From the NCBI GenBank assembly GCA_044347345.1, contig JBIKUX010000009.1:27508-91507 (forward strand): a stretch of 64,000 bases of DNA, written 5' to 3'. The translations under genes and the position numbers were made by a program. The DNA is from Bdellovibrionota bacterium. Its GTDB lineage: Bacteria; Bdellovibrionota_C; UBA2361; JBIKUX01. The notes beneath the pieces were generated by a model that saw only the letters and a list, made by a program, of their open reading frames with translations, made no database searches and was not told where the DNA came from. Shown one piece after another: positions 40,766 to 50,711 of the stretch (its first letter is position 1; every line of letters starts with the position of its first letter).

Positions 40766-42634
40766 ATGGTTGGAGCTCAGATACTCTCTATAAAAGATGG
40801 CTACCTTCAGATAGGAGACCGCATAATCTTTAGCGGCCTCTCAGTCTCTTTATTTCAAGGTGAACGAGTTGCTTTAATCGGAAGGAATGGCTCAGGTAAG
40901 TCCACTCTGCTAAAGTTGTGCGCAAATTCATCTGCTAGAATTAAACCCTTTACTGGTACCAAGCCCCTGAATAGTAGCGGGCTTGTTGATAGCGGGCTTG
41001 ATAGCGGGGAACTAATACTTAATAGCGATGTAACGAGCGTTTATGTACCGCAAGAAGAACCCACAATTTTTGATAACAACGACACCATAAAATCGGCCTT
41101 AGAAAGAGTTATAGAGCGCGGAGAGGAGGAGTTTACGCATCATGTGCTAAGTCAAGATAGTCGAACGATAAAACTGATAGCAGATAGTGGCTTTAGTGAT
41201 CTTTATCAGCCTCTTAAAACTTTATCAGGTGGATGGAGAAAGCGTCTTGCTTTGGTTAAAGGTATAATAAACTTTCCGCAGTTACTGCTACTCGACGAGC
41301 CGACTAACCACCTAGATATTGATGGAATTAATTGGCTCGAAAATACGTTATCAACTCTTAAATGTACTGTTTTTTTCGTTAGTCATGATAGAGCTCATAT
41401 TGAACGTATAGCTACAAGAGTAATTGAATTAGCTCCGTGGTATCCCGGCGGTGCTCTTGTTTCAGATGGAGGATATTTAAAGTTTTTAGAAAGAAGAGAG
41501 GCTTTTTTAGAACAACAAGAAAAGCTCAGCTCATCACTAGCAAATAAAGCTCGACAAGAGCTTGCATGGCTTCGACAAGGGGCAAAGGCTCGGTCCACCA
41601 AGGCTAAGCATAGAACCAAGAGTGCAGTAGAAATAATTGAGCGCTCCAAACAATCGCAATCTTTACCAAAAAAAATTCACGATAAGATAGCGATTGATTT
41701 TTCATCATCAAATAGAGGAACCTCAGAATTACTCAGACTAGAAAAAGTTCACTTTTCATTTGGTGAGAAGAAATTAATCAAAAACCTATCCGTAACGATA
41801 TCAAAGGGAGATTGCGTCGGGATAATAGGAGCAAACGGTAGTGGTAAAACGACTCTGCTACAATTACTGCTCAAAGAATTAGCACCAACTGAGGGAGTAA
41901 TTTCTGCTGCTCACAAGCTAAAGATTGGATACCTTGACCAAAAGAGAAAGAGTCTTCCGGTAAAACTAACCGTACGACAGGCTTTGTGCCCTGAAGGTGA
42001 TAGTATTATTTTTCAAGGAAGACAAGTGCATGTTAATTCTTGGGCTGAGCGCTTTTTATTTTCGCGGTCACAACTAGATCTTCCTATTGAAAGTCTATCT
42101 GGTGGTGAAAAAGTCCGAATTTTATTAGCTGATCTTATGGTTAAGGAGTTTGATCTCCTTGTTTTAGATGAACCATCTAATGATCTCGATATAGCGACCT
42201 TAGAAGTATTAGAGGAAAGTATTACAAGTTTTTCTGGAGCCGTACTTTTAGTATCTCATGATCGATTTCTACTTGAACAAGTAGCTACCGTAATTATTGG
42301 ACTTTCTACCTCTGGTAGTATTGTTTATGCCGATTATTTTCAGTGGGAATCAGAACAACTTTTTAAAAAAGTAACTAATAGTGATCCAGCAAATAATACA
42401 AGCGTCCTCAAAGTTCATAAACCAAATAATTTACGAGCCACAGAGCGAGAAGCTGCGACAATCGAACGTAAAATAACTAAAGCGGAGAGCTTACTAATTC
42501 AATATGAATTATCTTTAAACGATCCAGAGGTAGCAGCTAACGCAGAGGAGTTAAAATCACGATATGAAAAAGTGCTCAATCAGAAAAAAATAATTGAAGA
42601 TCTTTATGAAGTATGGGGAAAGCTAACTTCGTAG
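40766..42634 (+). CDS. uup: ABC-F family ATPase (Uup-like)
   Basis: Two NBDs (GRNGSGKST, GANGSGKTT), LSGG, DEPTNHLD, E.AWLRQG.KARSTK linker, C-terminal coiled coil. Confidence 0.88.
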   Translation: MVGAQILSIKDGYLQIGDRIIFSGLSVSLFQGERVALIGRNGSGKSTLLKLCANSSARIKPFTGTKPLNSSGLVDSGLDSGELILNSDVTSVYVPQEEPTIFDNNDTIKSALERVIERGEEEFTHHVLSQDSRTIKLIADSGFSDLYQPLKTLSGGWRKRLALVKGIINFPQLLLLDEPTNHLDIDGINWLENTLSTLKCTVFFVSHDRAHIERIATRVIELAPWYPGGALVSDGGYLKFLERREAFLEQQEKLSSSLANKARQELAWLRQGAKARSTKAKHRTKSAVEIIERSKQSQSLPKKIHDKIAIDFSSSNRGTSELLRLEKVHFSFGEKKLIKNLSVTISKGDCVGIIGANGSGKTTLLQLLLKELAPTEGVISAAHKLKIGYLDQKRKSLPVKLTVRQALCPEGDSIIFQGRQVHVNSWAERFLFSRSQLDLPIESLSGGEKVRILLADLMVKEFDLLVLDEPSNDLDIATLEVLEESITSFSGAVLLVSHDRFLLEQVATVIIGLSTSGSIVYADYFQWESEQLFKKVTNSDPANNTSVLKVHKPNNLRATEREAATIERKITKAESLLIQYELSLNDPEVAANAEELKSRYEKVLNQKKIIEDLYEVWGKLTS

Positions 42635-42638
42635 CAGT

Positions 42639-42698
42639 CTTTTTTATGTCGTTAGTTACTGAGAACTGTAATTCTCAGTAACTAACGACATAAAAAAG
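42639..42698. terminator. Perfect 27-bp inverted repeat between convergent genes; probable bidirectional terminator
   Basis: CTTTTTTATGTCGTTAGTTACTGAGAA-ctgtaa-TTCTCAGTAACTAACGACATAAAAAAG. Confidence 0.7.
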
Positions 42699-42754
42699 CT
42701 ACAGGGTGGATACTCTACTCGATCTACTTGTCCATCGATTCATCCGTCCCATTA

Positions 42755-43444
42755 CTAAGAATGGTCTTTTTCATCAACTAGAGCTTCTTCAGCAGCTCGA
42801 AGAGATTTATTAGCTAGTAACTCCATTTTTTGAATTGCAGATTCTTGAAGACCTAAATGACGATCAGCTTCCCGATTAAAGAAAGCTAGACAATCCCAAG
42901 CATCTTTACGAGAAAGCGCAGGAATTGAATAAAGATGTTTACCTTTGGCAAAATCAGCATAATTTTTAAAGTACCAAACGTTAAATAACCAATCTAGAAA
43001 CCGCTGGTCTATCTTACAATCCCAATACGGATTTACATAACCTGTTGATACAGTCCTTGCAAATACTCCTCTAGCGGTAAAAATCCGAAAATCTTCGATA
43101 AAACATGTCATTCTGCGTCTATAAAGTTCCCAATACAAGAGAAGCAAACAATAAACTCCCGTTGTAATACTAGCTACAGCCAAAGCTATACGTTGAGTAT
43201 ACCAAACTGAAAAATTTACTGGCCCTTTTATAGCAAAGACCCAAGATACAACCACGAAAATGCCAACTAGGAAGGTTTTTTGGATAGCAAAAATTGGCTG
43301 TACTGGAAAATATTCCAGTACATCTACTTTTTCACCCCACCTTAATGGAACAATTGGACGCTTGCCAGTAGTTCTAGCTAATGAAGAATTTAACTGAGTG
43401 CTAACTACCTTTTCTGCCTTTTTATCTCTAGTATTAGGAGTCAT
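42755..43444 (-). CDS. Two-TM membrane protein with probable bacterial PH-like (bPH_2) domain
   Basis: TM pair then LYRRR...RGVFAR...IDQRFLDWLFNV; ATG 43444 chosen as start. Confidence 0.6.
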   Translation of the reverse strand: MTPNTRDKKAEKVVSTQLNSSLARTTGKRPIVPLRWGEKVDVLEYFPVQPIFAIQKTFLVGIFVVVSWVFAIKGPVNFSVWYTQRIALAVASITTGVYCLLLLYWELYRRRMTCFIEDFRIFTARGVFARTVSTGYVNPYWDCKIDQRFLDWLFNVWYFKNYADFAKGKHLYSIPALSRKDAWDCLAFFNREADRHLGLQESAIQKMELLANKSLRAAEEALVDEKDHS

Positions 43445-43482
43445 GGTATTTAAACGTTTAACATTTGCGATCAATTTGCGTT

Positions 43483-44067
43483 ATGCCTTCAAGCCCTCTA
43501 CCTATGCCGCGTTACAGCAGACTTACCGCGATACACAGACTTAATTGGTTTGATTCAATTGACCTGTTAAAACACTATAAGATACAGAACGCATATATTG
43601 TTCAACAAGTTTTCCCATATCTCGTACTTAGTTTTACACTATGGGCACTTTTTTTCTACACATGGATTACTTCAGACTCTTCGCCACTCCTTTTAAAAAT
43701 AGCACTTGGTGGTGCAATTGCCTCAGTTGCTGTCACTATTGGAGCAATAACTTTTTGGACATTGTATCGACGGAAAATTGAGTTTCGCATCGATGGTTTG
43801 CGACTTAACAGCACAATGGGGATTATTCGGCGACGGACTAGTTCTCTCGTAGTTAGAGCTCACAATCTTGTAGAAATCAAGCAGCGGCTCATAGATATTC
43901 CTTTTGGGTTATGGAGCTTTCAAATATATGGCTCTAATCAAATGATACCTGAGCTTGCTTTATTATCTGGAATTTCAAAGAAAGATGCATTTGATATGTT
44001 TCGATACTTTTCAAACGAATTATCTCAACAGGTCACTATTGCCGAACCCAAATTTGGTGAACTGTAG
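43483..44067 (+). CDS. Two-TM membrane protein with probable bPH_2 domain, paralogue of the divergent neighbour
   Basis: TM pair then LYRRK...GIIRR...IKQRLIDIPFGL; ATG 43483 or 43504. Confidence 0.6.
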   Translation: MPSSPLPMPRYSRLTAIHRLNWFDSIDLLKHYKIQNAYIVQQVFPYLVLSFTLWALFFYTWITSDSSPLLLKIALGGAIASVAVTIGAITFWTLYRRKIEFRIDGLRLNSTMGIIRRRTSSLVVRAHNLVEIKQRLIDIPFGLWSFQIYGSNQMIPELALLSGISKKDAFDMFRYFSNELSQQVTIAEPKFGEL

Positions 44068-44128
44068 GCAATAATCATCAAAATTATAAACTTAATAATT
44101 CCTTCTGATAAAAGTTAAATTTTTATTT

Positions 44129-45685
44129 CTACTCCCACTCAATAGTCGCAGGTGGCTTGCTTGAAACGTCTAGCACCACTCTATTAACTCCCCTAACTTC
44201 ATTGGTGATTCGAGTACTGATAATGCGTAAAACTTTTTCGGGAGGATAAAACCAATCAGCGGTCATGCCATCGCTGGAATCAACCATCCTCAAGGCAATA
44301 GCTTCATCATAGGTTCGGGCATCACCCATAACCCCCACACTGCGAACCGGAAGGAGCACAGCAAAATTTTGCCACACTGATTTTAGAAGACCTGCTTTTT
44401 CCATTTCTTCTTGAACAATCGCATCAGCCGCCCTTACCTTGTCAATCCGCTCATCTGTGATTTCCCCCACTATTCGTACAGCTAAACCAGGTCCTGGAAA
44501 TGGCTGTCGCCACAAGAGAGACTCCGGTATTCCCAAAACTTCACCAAACGCTCGTACCTCATCTTTAAAAAGCTCTCTCAACGGTTCAATGAGGGATAAA
44601 TGCATCCTCTCAGGAAGCCCTCCGACATTATGATGAGTCTTGATTGTGGCAGATGGGCCTTTTACTGAAACACTTTCAATTACGTCAGGATATAAAGTAC
44701 CTTGGACAAGATGAGTAACTGAAGTAAAACGTTTAGCTTGAGCCTCAAAAACCTCAATAAATATCCTACCAATAATCTTCCGTTTACTCTCCGGATCTTT
44801 TACTCCTCTTAATTCTTTAAGAAAAGTCTCACTAGCATCAATGTGATGTACTTGTAATCCAAGGCCATTTGTACCAAGAGCCTCTACCACCTGCGTTGCT
44901 TCATCTCGCCGCATTACTCCGTTATCTACAACGAGACAGTGCAAACGCTTGCCAATAGCTCGGTGCACTAAAACTGCGGCTACTGTTGAATCGACACCGC
45001 CACTTAATCCGCAAACTACCTCGCTCCCCTCAGGAACCAAGGAACGTATTTTTTGCACAGATTCCTCAATAAAATGGGCTGCATCCCAATCTCCGGAGCA
45101 TCCACAAATTGAGAAAAGAAATTCAGTCAAAAACTGTTTTCCTTGAGGCGTATGAGCTACCTCAGGATGAAACTGTATGCCATATCGTTTACGGAAATCA
45201 TCACCAAAAGCCGCTATCGGGAGATCTCGGCTTGAAGCAAGCACCTCAAATTCTTCTGATAATGCAACCACGTGATCGCCGTGACTCATCCATACGGGAA
45301 CTTCAGTGTTGGGTTTTTCTATCCAACCAAAAATTCCCTTATTTCTTGTAACTGTGAGTAAAGCACTGCCGTACTCGCGAGTCTTACCTTGAGCAAGTCT
45401 GCCGCCATAGTACTTTCCCATCAACTGCATACCATAGCATACTCCAAGAATTGGCACCGAAACATTAAACCAACGCTCATCAAATGGCGGAGCATCGTCA
45501 CCAATTACACTTGAAGGACCTCCTGATAGAATTATCCCTTTGACTCCATAAAGAGACTCGCTATCCAAACAACGCTCGGTACACGGATGAATCTCTGAAT
45601 AAACACCACATTCCCTTAGCCGACGAGCTATAAGTTGAGTATATTGCGACCCAAAATCGAGTACTATAATACGCTCATGAGTCAT
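44129..45685 (-). CDS. guaA: GMP synthase (glutamine-hydrolysing)
   Basis: LDFGSQYTQLIARR, GVCYGMQ, QFHPEV, LSGGVDS, KPPATIEWE. Confidence 0.98.
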   Translation of the reverse strand: MTHERIIVLDFGSQYTQLIARRLRECGVYSEIHPCTERCLDSESLYGVKGIILSGGPSSVIGDDAPPFDERWFNVSVPILGVCYGMQLMGKYYGGRLAQGKTREYGSALLTVTRNKGIFGWIEKPNTEVPVWMSHGDHVVALSEEFEVLASSRDLPIAAFGDDFRKRYGIQFHPEVAHTPQGKQFLTEFLFSICGCSGDWDAAHFIEESVQKIRSLVPEGSEVVCGLSGGVDSTVAAVLVHRAIGKRLHCLVVDNGVMRRDEATQVVEALGTNGLGLQVHHIDASETFLKELRGVKDPESKRKIIGRIFIEVFEAQAKRFTSVTHLVQGTLYPDVIESVSVKGPSATIKTHHNVGGLPERMHLSLIEPLRELFKDEVRAFGEVLGIPESLLWRQPFPGPGLAVRIVGEITDERIDKVRAADAIVQEEMEKAGLLKSVWQNFAVLLPVRSVGVMGDARTYDEAIALRMVDSSDGMTADWFYPPEKVLRIISTRITNEVRGVNRVVLDVSSKPPATIEWE

Positions 45686-45743
45686 GGGTACTACCTTACG
45701 GAAAATTTATGACAATAAAAAAGTGCAGCTATAAGCTTACAGA

Positions 45744-47198
45744 TTAAACTCTTGCTACCAAAGGCTCAGTGGTTGTTTTTTGATTACGTTTTCTGAGTAT
45801 TATTTTAATGCTTGACCCCCTAAAAGGTTTATGTTTGCGAATAATTTTTTCTAAATATCTTTCATAAGAAGGTTTTAAGCGGGCAATAGCATTAACAAAT
45901 AGGACAAACGTTGGTGGCGCACTGTCAACTTGAGTGGCATAAAATAGCTTAATGGGAGTGCCTCGGTAAATAGGAGGAGGGCGTTCAATTAGAGCTCGGT
46001 CAAAAATACGATGAACCACTGACGTTTGCATCCGCTCATGTCTTGTTATAGCTACCTCCTTACTTACCTGTAAAAGTGACGGGCATCGCCGACCCTGCAA
46101 AGCTGAAACAAAAAGAACCGGAGCGTATCTGGCAAATGGCATTACTTTAAATATACTTTCAGTAAAGGCCTGAACAGTTCTATGATCTTTTTCGATAGCA
46201 TCCCATTTATTAACAACTAAAATTAGCCCCTTGCCTCGGTCATGGATAAGTCGCGCAATTTTAGCTTCTTGCTCTGAAGGCATACCTTCTGTAGCATCTA
46301 GTACAACTATTACAACATCTGCCTGTGCAACGGCACAAGTAGTGCGTAATGTACTAAATCTTTCTACTGTACCATCTGCTACGCGCGCTTTTTTTCGGAG
46401 TCCAGCAGTGTCTATAAGGGTATAATTTTGGCCATCTCGGATTAAATCTATATGAATAGAGTCTCTGGTAGTACCCGCTTGTGAAGAAACAACAACGCGA
46501 TTTGCTCCAACAATCCTATTAATCAAACTTGATTTACCAACATTCGGACGGCCTACAAGAGCTACTGTAATCTTATCTAAAGATGCTAAAGATTGACTAT
46601 CAGAAGAATCTTGGGCTTGGTTTTCTGAGGTTTCAGGTAGCTTACTCTCGTCATTATTATCGTAAGATTCCTCCTCCTCTATAGCTAGAAAATCCTCTTC
46701 GTTTTTTATACCCAGCCTACGACGAATAAGCCGCACTAATTCTCGTAATCCTTGCCTGTGCGAAGCGCTTATAATTAAAAGATCCTTTATGCCTAACGCA
46801 TAGAACTCGTTAGCAGCGATATTACTACCAGCTCTCTCCCCCTTATTTACAACAAATAAAGCCGGTTTTTGAGCGCGACGCACAAGCTCTATAACCTCCT
46901 CATCTAAAGGATGAATACCGTGCATACAGTCAAGAACTACAATTAGTAAATCAGAATCAATTACGGCAAGATCGACTTGTTCTCTTATTTTCCAATCTAG
47001 TTCACCATCAATTTCGTCACTAATACCGCCGGTATCTACAACAGCAAAAGGCTCTCCTCCGCGACGCACAGTACCAAAAACTCTATCTCTGGTTACACCC
47101 GGTTCATTCTCAACAATAGCGGATCTTCTATGTACCAAAGCATTAAAGAGTGTAGACTTTCCTACATTCGCTCGACCAACTATAGCTACAGTCTTCAT
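45744..47198 (-). CDS. der: Ribosome biogenesis GTPase Der (EngA)
   Basis: Two GTPase domains: GRANVGKS, GVTRD, DTGG; GRPNVGKS, GTTRD, DTAG, NKWD. Confidence 0.97.
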   Translation of the reverse strand: MKTVAIVGRANVGKSTLFNALVHRRSAIVENEPGVTRDRVFGTVRRGGEPFAVVDTGGISDEIDGELDWKIREQVDLAVIDSDLLIVVLDCMHGIHPLDEEVIELVRRAQKPALFVVNKGERAGSNIAANEFYALGIKDLLIISASHRQGLRELVRLIRRRLGIKNEEDFLAIEEEESYDNNDESKLPETSENQAQDSSDSQSLASLDKITVALVGRPNVGKSSLINRIVGANRVVVSSQAGTTRDSIHIDLIRDGQNYTLIDTAGLRKKARVADGTVERFSTLRTTCAVAQADVVIVVLDATEGMPSEQEAKIARLIHDRGKGLILVVNKWDAIEKDHRTVQAFTESIFKVMPFARYAPVLFVSALQGRRCPSLLQVSKEVAITRHERMQTSVVHRIFDRALIERPPPIYRGTPIKLFYATQVDSAPPTFVLFVNAIARLKPSYERYLEKIIRKHKPFRGSSIKIILRKRNQKTTTEPLVARV

Positions 47199-48088
47199 TT
47201 TTGCTCCTTTACCTTGGTCGTCTTTTTAACTCTCGTGTTATTCTTTATTGTACTTTTCTTTTGCAATCTCTGTTCTTCATCAAATAAACGGGCTAAAGCT
47301 TTTTCAGCTGCTTCCTGCTGAGAACTTTTTTTTGAGGAGCCTTCCCCTCTTCCGTACTCCTGACCATCAATTTTTACCAACGAAACAAATAAAGGCTTAT
47401 GACCTGAACCTTTCGTTTCCTCTAAAAAGTACTCAGGTGCACCACGTTTTAATAAATGAAGTTGCTCTTGTAGCTCAGTTTTAGGATCTCTTGGAGAAAC
47501 AGATACTAGCCGTGTGGCAAAAAGCTTACGAATTACTTGTAAAGCTATATCAAAGCCAGCTTCTACAAAAATAGCTCCTAAGATTGCTTCAAAAACATCG
47601 GCCACAAGAGCCTCTCTAAAAGAGCCTCCCTCTTCTAATTGACTTTTTCCTACAAGAATATGGTGACTAAGCTCTATGCTGCGGCCAACTTCAGCTAAGG
47701 CAGGTGAACTCACTAAAGCAGCACGCAATTTCGTCAATTCTCCTTCAGAGGCAGAAGGATAAGCTTCTGTGAGAAGATAAGCTACTCCAAGGTCAATCAC
47801 TGCGTCACCAAGAAATTCTAATCTTTCGTAGTTACCACTGTTTTTACTTGTAAAACTATTCTTTTCAAGCGAAGCATGAGTTAATGCTCGCTTTAAAAGT
47901 AATTTATCTTTAAATACATATCCTATTCTATCTTCAAGATGACTTATCCCCTCAGAATAATTAGCACCACTATCCTGCTCAGCTTGTCTTTGTAATCGTA
48001 TTTGTGAGCCAGCAATTGATTTCGTAGAGGTCTCATTACCGCAATTGTGTTGGCCTTGAGTGTGAGAAAGACGCTTTGAGGGTAACAT
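47195..48088 (-). CDS. rnc: Ribonuclease III
   Basis: ALTHAS, ERLEFLGDAV, ADVFEA, DPKTELQE, G.G.SKK..QQEAA; N-terminal extension, start uncertain. Confidence 0.96.
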   Translation of the reverse strand: MLPSKRLSHTQGQHNCGNETSTKSIAGSQIRLQRQAEQDSGANYSEGISHLEDRIGYVFKDKLLLKRALTHASLEKNSFTSKNSGNYERLEFLGDAVIDLGVAYLLTEAYPSASEGELTKLRAALVSSPALAEVGRSIELSHHILVGKSQLEEGGSFREALVADVFEAILGAIFVEAGFDIALQVIRKLFATRLVSVSPRDPKTELQEQLHLLKRGAPEYFLEETKGSGHKPLFVSLVKIDGQEYGRGEGSSKKSSQQEAAEKALARLFDEEQRLQKKSTIKNNTRVKKTTKVKEQK

Positions 48089-48140
48089 AGAAACAGAGCT
48101 TTAATGGGGAGATAATATAAAAAAATTTATTTACGTTTAA

Positions 48141-49274
48141 CTAACTGTTAACTACTGATTCCGCTTGATAATAATTACTTCTACTTACAGCTCTTGGATT
48201 ACTTATTCTTCCACCTCCCAAAAGTTCTTCATCTGCAAGGTCATAAAATACTGCTGCTTGACCTGGGGCAACAACAGCAAGCTCGCTTAAAAATGCAACC
48301 CTTAAAGTCGCCTTATCTTCCTGTGATATCCGCGCTGGAACTGCCTTATGCCGATGACGAACCTGAACTAACACATCTGTAGGAGTGGTTATACTTCTCA
48401 CCCAAGATACTTGTTTTACCAAAAAATCCTGACGGTTTAGCTCTATTTTTTCACCGACATAAACCGTAGCTGTTTCAGAATCTATCGCCAGGACGTAAAG
48501 GGGGCTACCATGACCTCCCCCGATGGATAAACCCCTGCGCTGTCCAACAGTAAAACGATGAATACCCTCGTGAGTGCCAATAATTTCACCACTAACCCTT
48601 CTTATTAAACCAGACCTTCCTTGAGCTATTCGTTTTGCTACAAAATCTTGCACCGAACCGGAAACAAAGCAAATATCTTGACTCTCTGCCTTTTCTGCTG
48701 TACTTAGGCCAGCTTCACGAGCTATACCCCTTACCTCTGCTTTTGTCAGGTGACCAACAGGAAATAATGTTGAAGCGAGCTCATGTTGATTCATAGCATA
48801 GAGAAAATATGATTGGTCTTTAGACCTATCTACGCCACGCAGTAACTTATAACCCTCGTGTGAGGCTTCAATTCTTGCGTAATGACCCGTGGCAACGTGT
48901 GAGCAACCCATCGCAGCCGCGCGCTTCCTAAGCTCTTTAAATTTCACGCGGTTATTGCAATCTATACAAGGATTTGGGGTCTCTCCAGCGGCATACGAAT
49001 CAACAAATTTTGAAATTACTTCTTTTTGAAATGATTCTTCAAAATCTACGACATAATACGGAATGCCGGCCTGAGAAGCGGCATTGCGCGCATCCATAAA
49101 ATCCGAAGGTGCGCAACATGTGGCTCGGCTCGAACAACCGCCGCCATTACGATAATCCCACACCTGCATTGATACTCCGATGGCGGGTATTCCACTACGA
49201 CTAATAAGTATTGCCGCTACTGACGAATCAACGCCGCCAGACATAGCTACTACAACTTGTGTTGCTGAATTCAT
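48141..49274 (-). CDS. mnmA: tRNA 2-thiouridine(34) synthase
   Basis: AMSGGVDSS, TPNPCIDCN, ATGHYAR, KDQSYFL, SQDICF, TVGQRRG, PGQAAVFY. Confidence 0.97.
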   Translation of the reverse strand: MNSATQVVVAMSGGVDSSVAAILISRSGIPAIGVSMQVWDYRNGGGCSSRATCCAPSDFMDARNAASQAGIPYYVVDFEESFQKEVISKFVDSYAAGETPNPCIDCNNRVKFKELRKRAAAMGCSHVATGHYARIEASHEGYKLLRGVDRSKDQSYFLYAMNQHELASTLFPVGHLTKAEVRGIAREAGLSTAEKAESQDICFVSGSVQDFVAKRIAQGRSGLIRRVSGEIIGTHEGIHRFTVGQRRGLSIGGGHGSPLYVLAIDSETATVYVGEKIELNRQDFLVKQVSWVRSITTPTDVLVQVRHRHKAVPARISQEDKATLRVAFLSELAVVAPGQAAVFYDLADEELLGGGRISNPRAVSRSNYYQAESVVNS

Positions 49275-49370
49275 TTAGCTCACATAATTAATTTTTAGTA
49301 ATACTATTACTTATGTAGCACATCTATTTTTTTATAAAAATTACACTCAAACGATTGCCTCATAGCTTAT

Positions 49371-50573
49371 TTACTTATGCTGCATACGAGAGGCTAAATC
49401 TCCTATTTTTTTACCGGCTAGGTTCAACATATCTTGAGAATATGTGCTAGCAAAAGAGATACGAACAGTTTCACGGGCAAATTCTTCTGTGTGACCCAAA
49501 GCAAGAAGCACAGTAGATGGGCTTGGCTTTCCCGAGCTACAAGCAGCTCCACCAGAGATCCAAATGCCTTGAAGGTCACAAGCAATAACTAGGTCATCTG
49601 CTCTAACCCCAGCAAATCTTATACTGACTGTATTTGGAACTAAGGGCACATCAGACGAAACAGACTCTTCAAAGATACAGCCAGAAGAGGAAATTCCTTC
49701 AATTAAACTGGCACGTAGCTCCCACATAATCTGTTTGTATCCATCAATTTGAGTAGCCTTTGCTACCTTAGGGGCGATTAACCCGAAAGACAATATCGCC
49801 GTAATATTTTCAGTACCGGCTCTCTTGCCTCCCTCTTGGAATCCTCCCTTAAATAATGGTTTTACATCAATTCCCTTTTTAATAATTAGAACCCCTACTC
49901 CCGCAAGAGAACCAATCTTATGGCCAGATAGAGTAGCAATATCAGCGCCGCTTTCCCTAAAAGACCACGGAATTTTACCAAATGCCTGCACGGCATCGGT
50001 ATGAAAAATAGCTCTAGGGTTTTTCAGTTTCACACTGTTTACTATCTCAGTAATTGGATGAATAATACCGGTTTCGTTGTTGACGCTCATTATGGATACA
50101 AGCTTAGTTCGACTATCAACCAAGTCAGTAACTGATTCTGGGCAAAGGTCACCGGATTTAGATTTACTTGGATGAGCTACTCTAATTTCGTAACCTTTCA
50201 ACCTGCAACTATCCAAGTGAGCTAATACAGAAGCATGTTCAACAGCGCTGACTACTATGTTTTGTGATGAATTCGTCTCCGTTATGTCTCTTTCCGTTAT
50301 GTCTCTTTCCGTGATACCACTTAGTAGAGATAAGAAAACTATCGCGTTACTCTCTGTAGCGCCTGATGTAAAAATAATAGTAGAGTCCTTGGGCGCATCC
50401 ACTGCTCGTGCAATCGCATTTCTTGAGTTTTCAAGTATAGTTTTCGCTCGCTGCCCACCGCCATGAACAGCACTCGCATTTTGGTATAGTGGTAAGTGTT
50501 CAATAAGTTCCTCAAGATGAAAGTGCGAAGCACCAAGAGAAGAGTTAACATCAAGATTTATAGGCTTTAACAT
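49371..50573 (-). CDS. iscS: Cysteine desulfurase (IscS/NifS family)
   Basis: FTSGATESN, VEHASV, NNETG, HTDAVQ, SGHKIG, GTEN, GAACSSG. Confidence 0.9.
   Translation of the reverse strand: MLKPINLDVNSSLGASHFHLEELIEHLPLYQNASAVHGGGQRAKTILENSRNAIARAVDAPKDSTIIFTSGATESNAIVFLSLLSGITERDITERDITETNSSQNIVVSAVEHASVLAHLDSCRLKGYEIRVAHPSKSKSGDLCPESVTDLVDSRTKLVSIMSVNNETGIIHPITEIVNSVKLKNPRAIFHTDAVQAFGKIPWSFRESGADIATLSGHKIGSLAGVGVLIIKKGIDVKPLFKGGFQEGGKRAGTENITAILSFGLIAPKVAKATQIDGYKQIMWELRASLIEGISSSGCIFEESVSSDVPLVPNTVSIRFAGVRADDLVIACDLQGIWISGGAACSSGKPSPSTVLLALGHTEEFARETVRISFASTYSQDMLNLAGKKIGDLASRMQHK
50278..50315. repeat. 15-bp tandem repeat (about 2.5 copies) inside iscS
   Basis: TCCGTTATGTCTCTT x2 plus TCCGTGAT; encodes ITERD-ITERD-ITE. 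Confidence 0.9.
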
Positions 50574-50711
50574 TGGTATTCTCTTTACATTTACTAGCTT
50601 ACAAATAACAAGCTTAAAGATTTTTATTTTTTAGTTTCAGAAATTGCATATTTATACATCTAGCTCGTGTTTAATTTAAATAAACCTATCGATAATTTTT
50701 AAGGTATTAAT

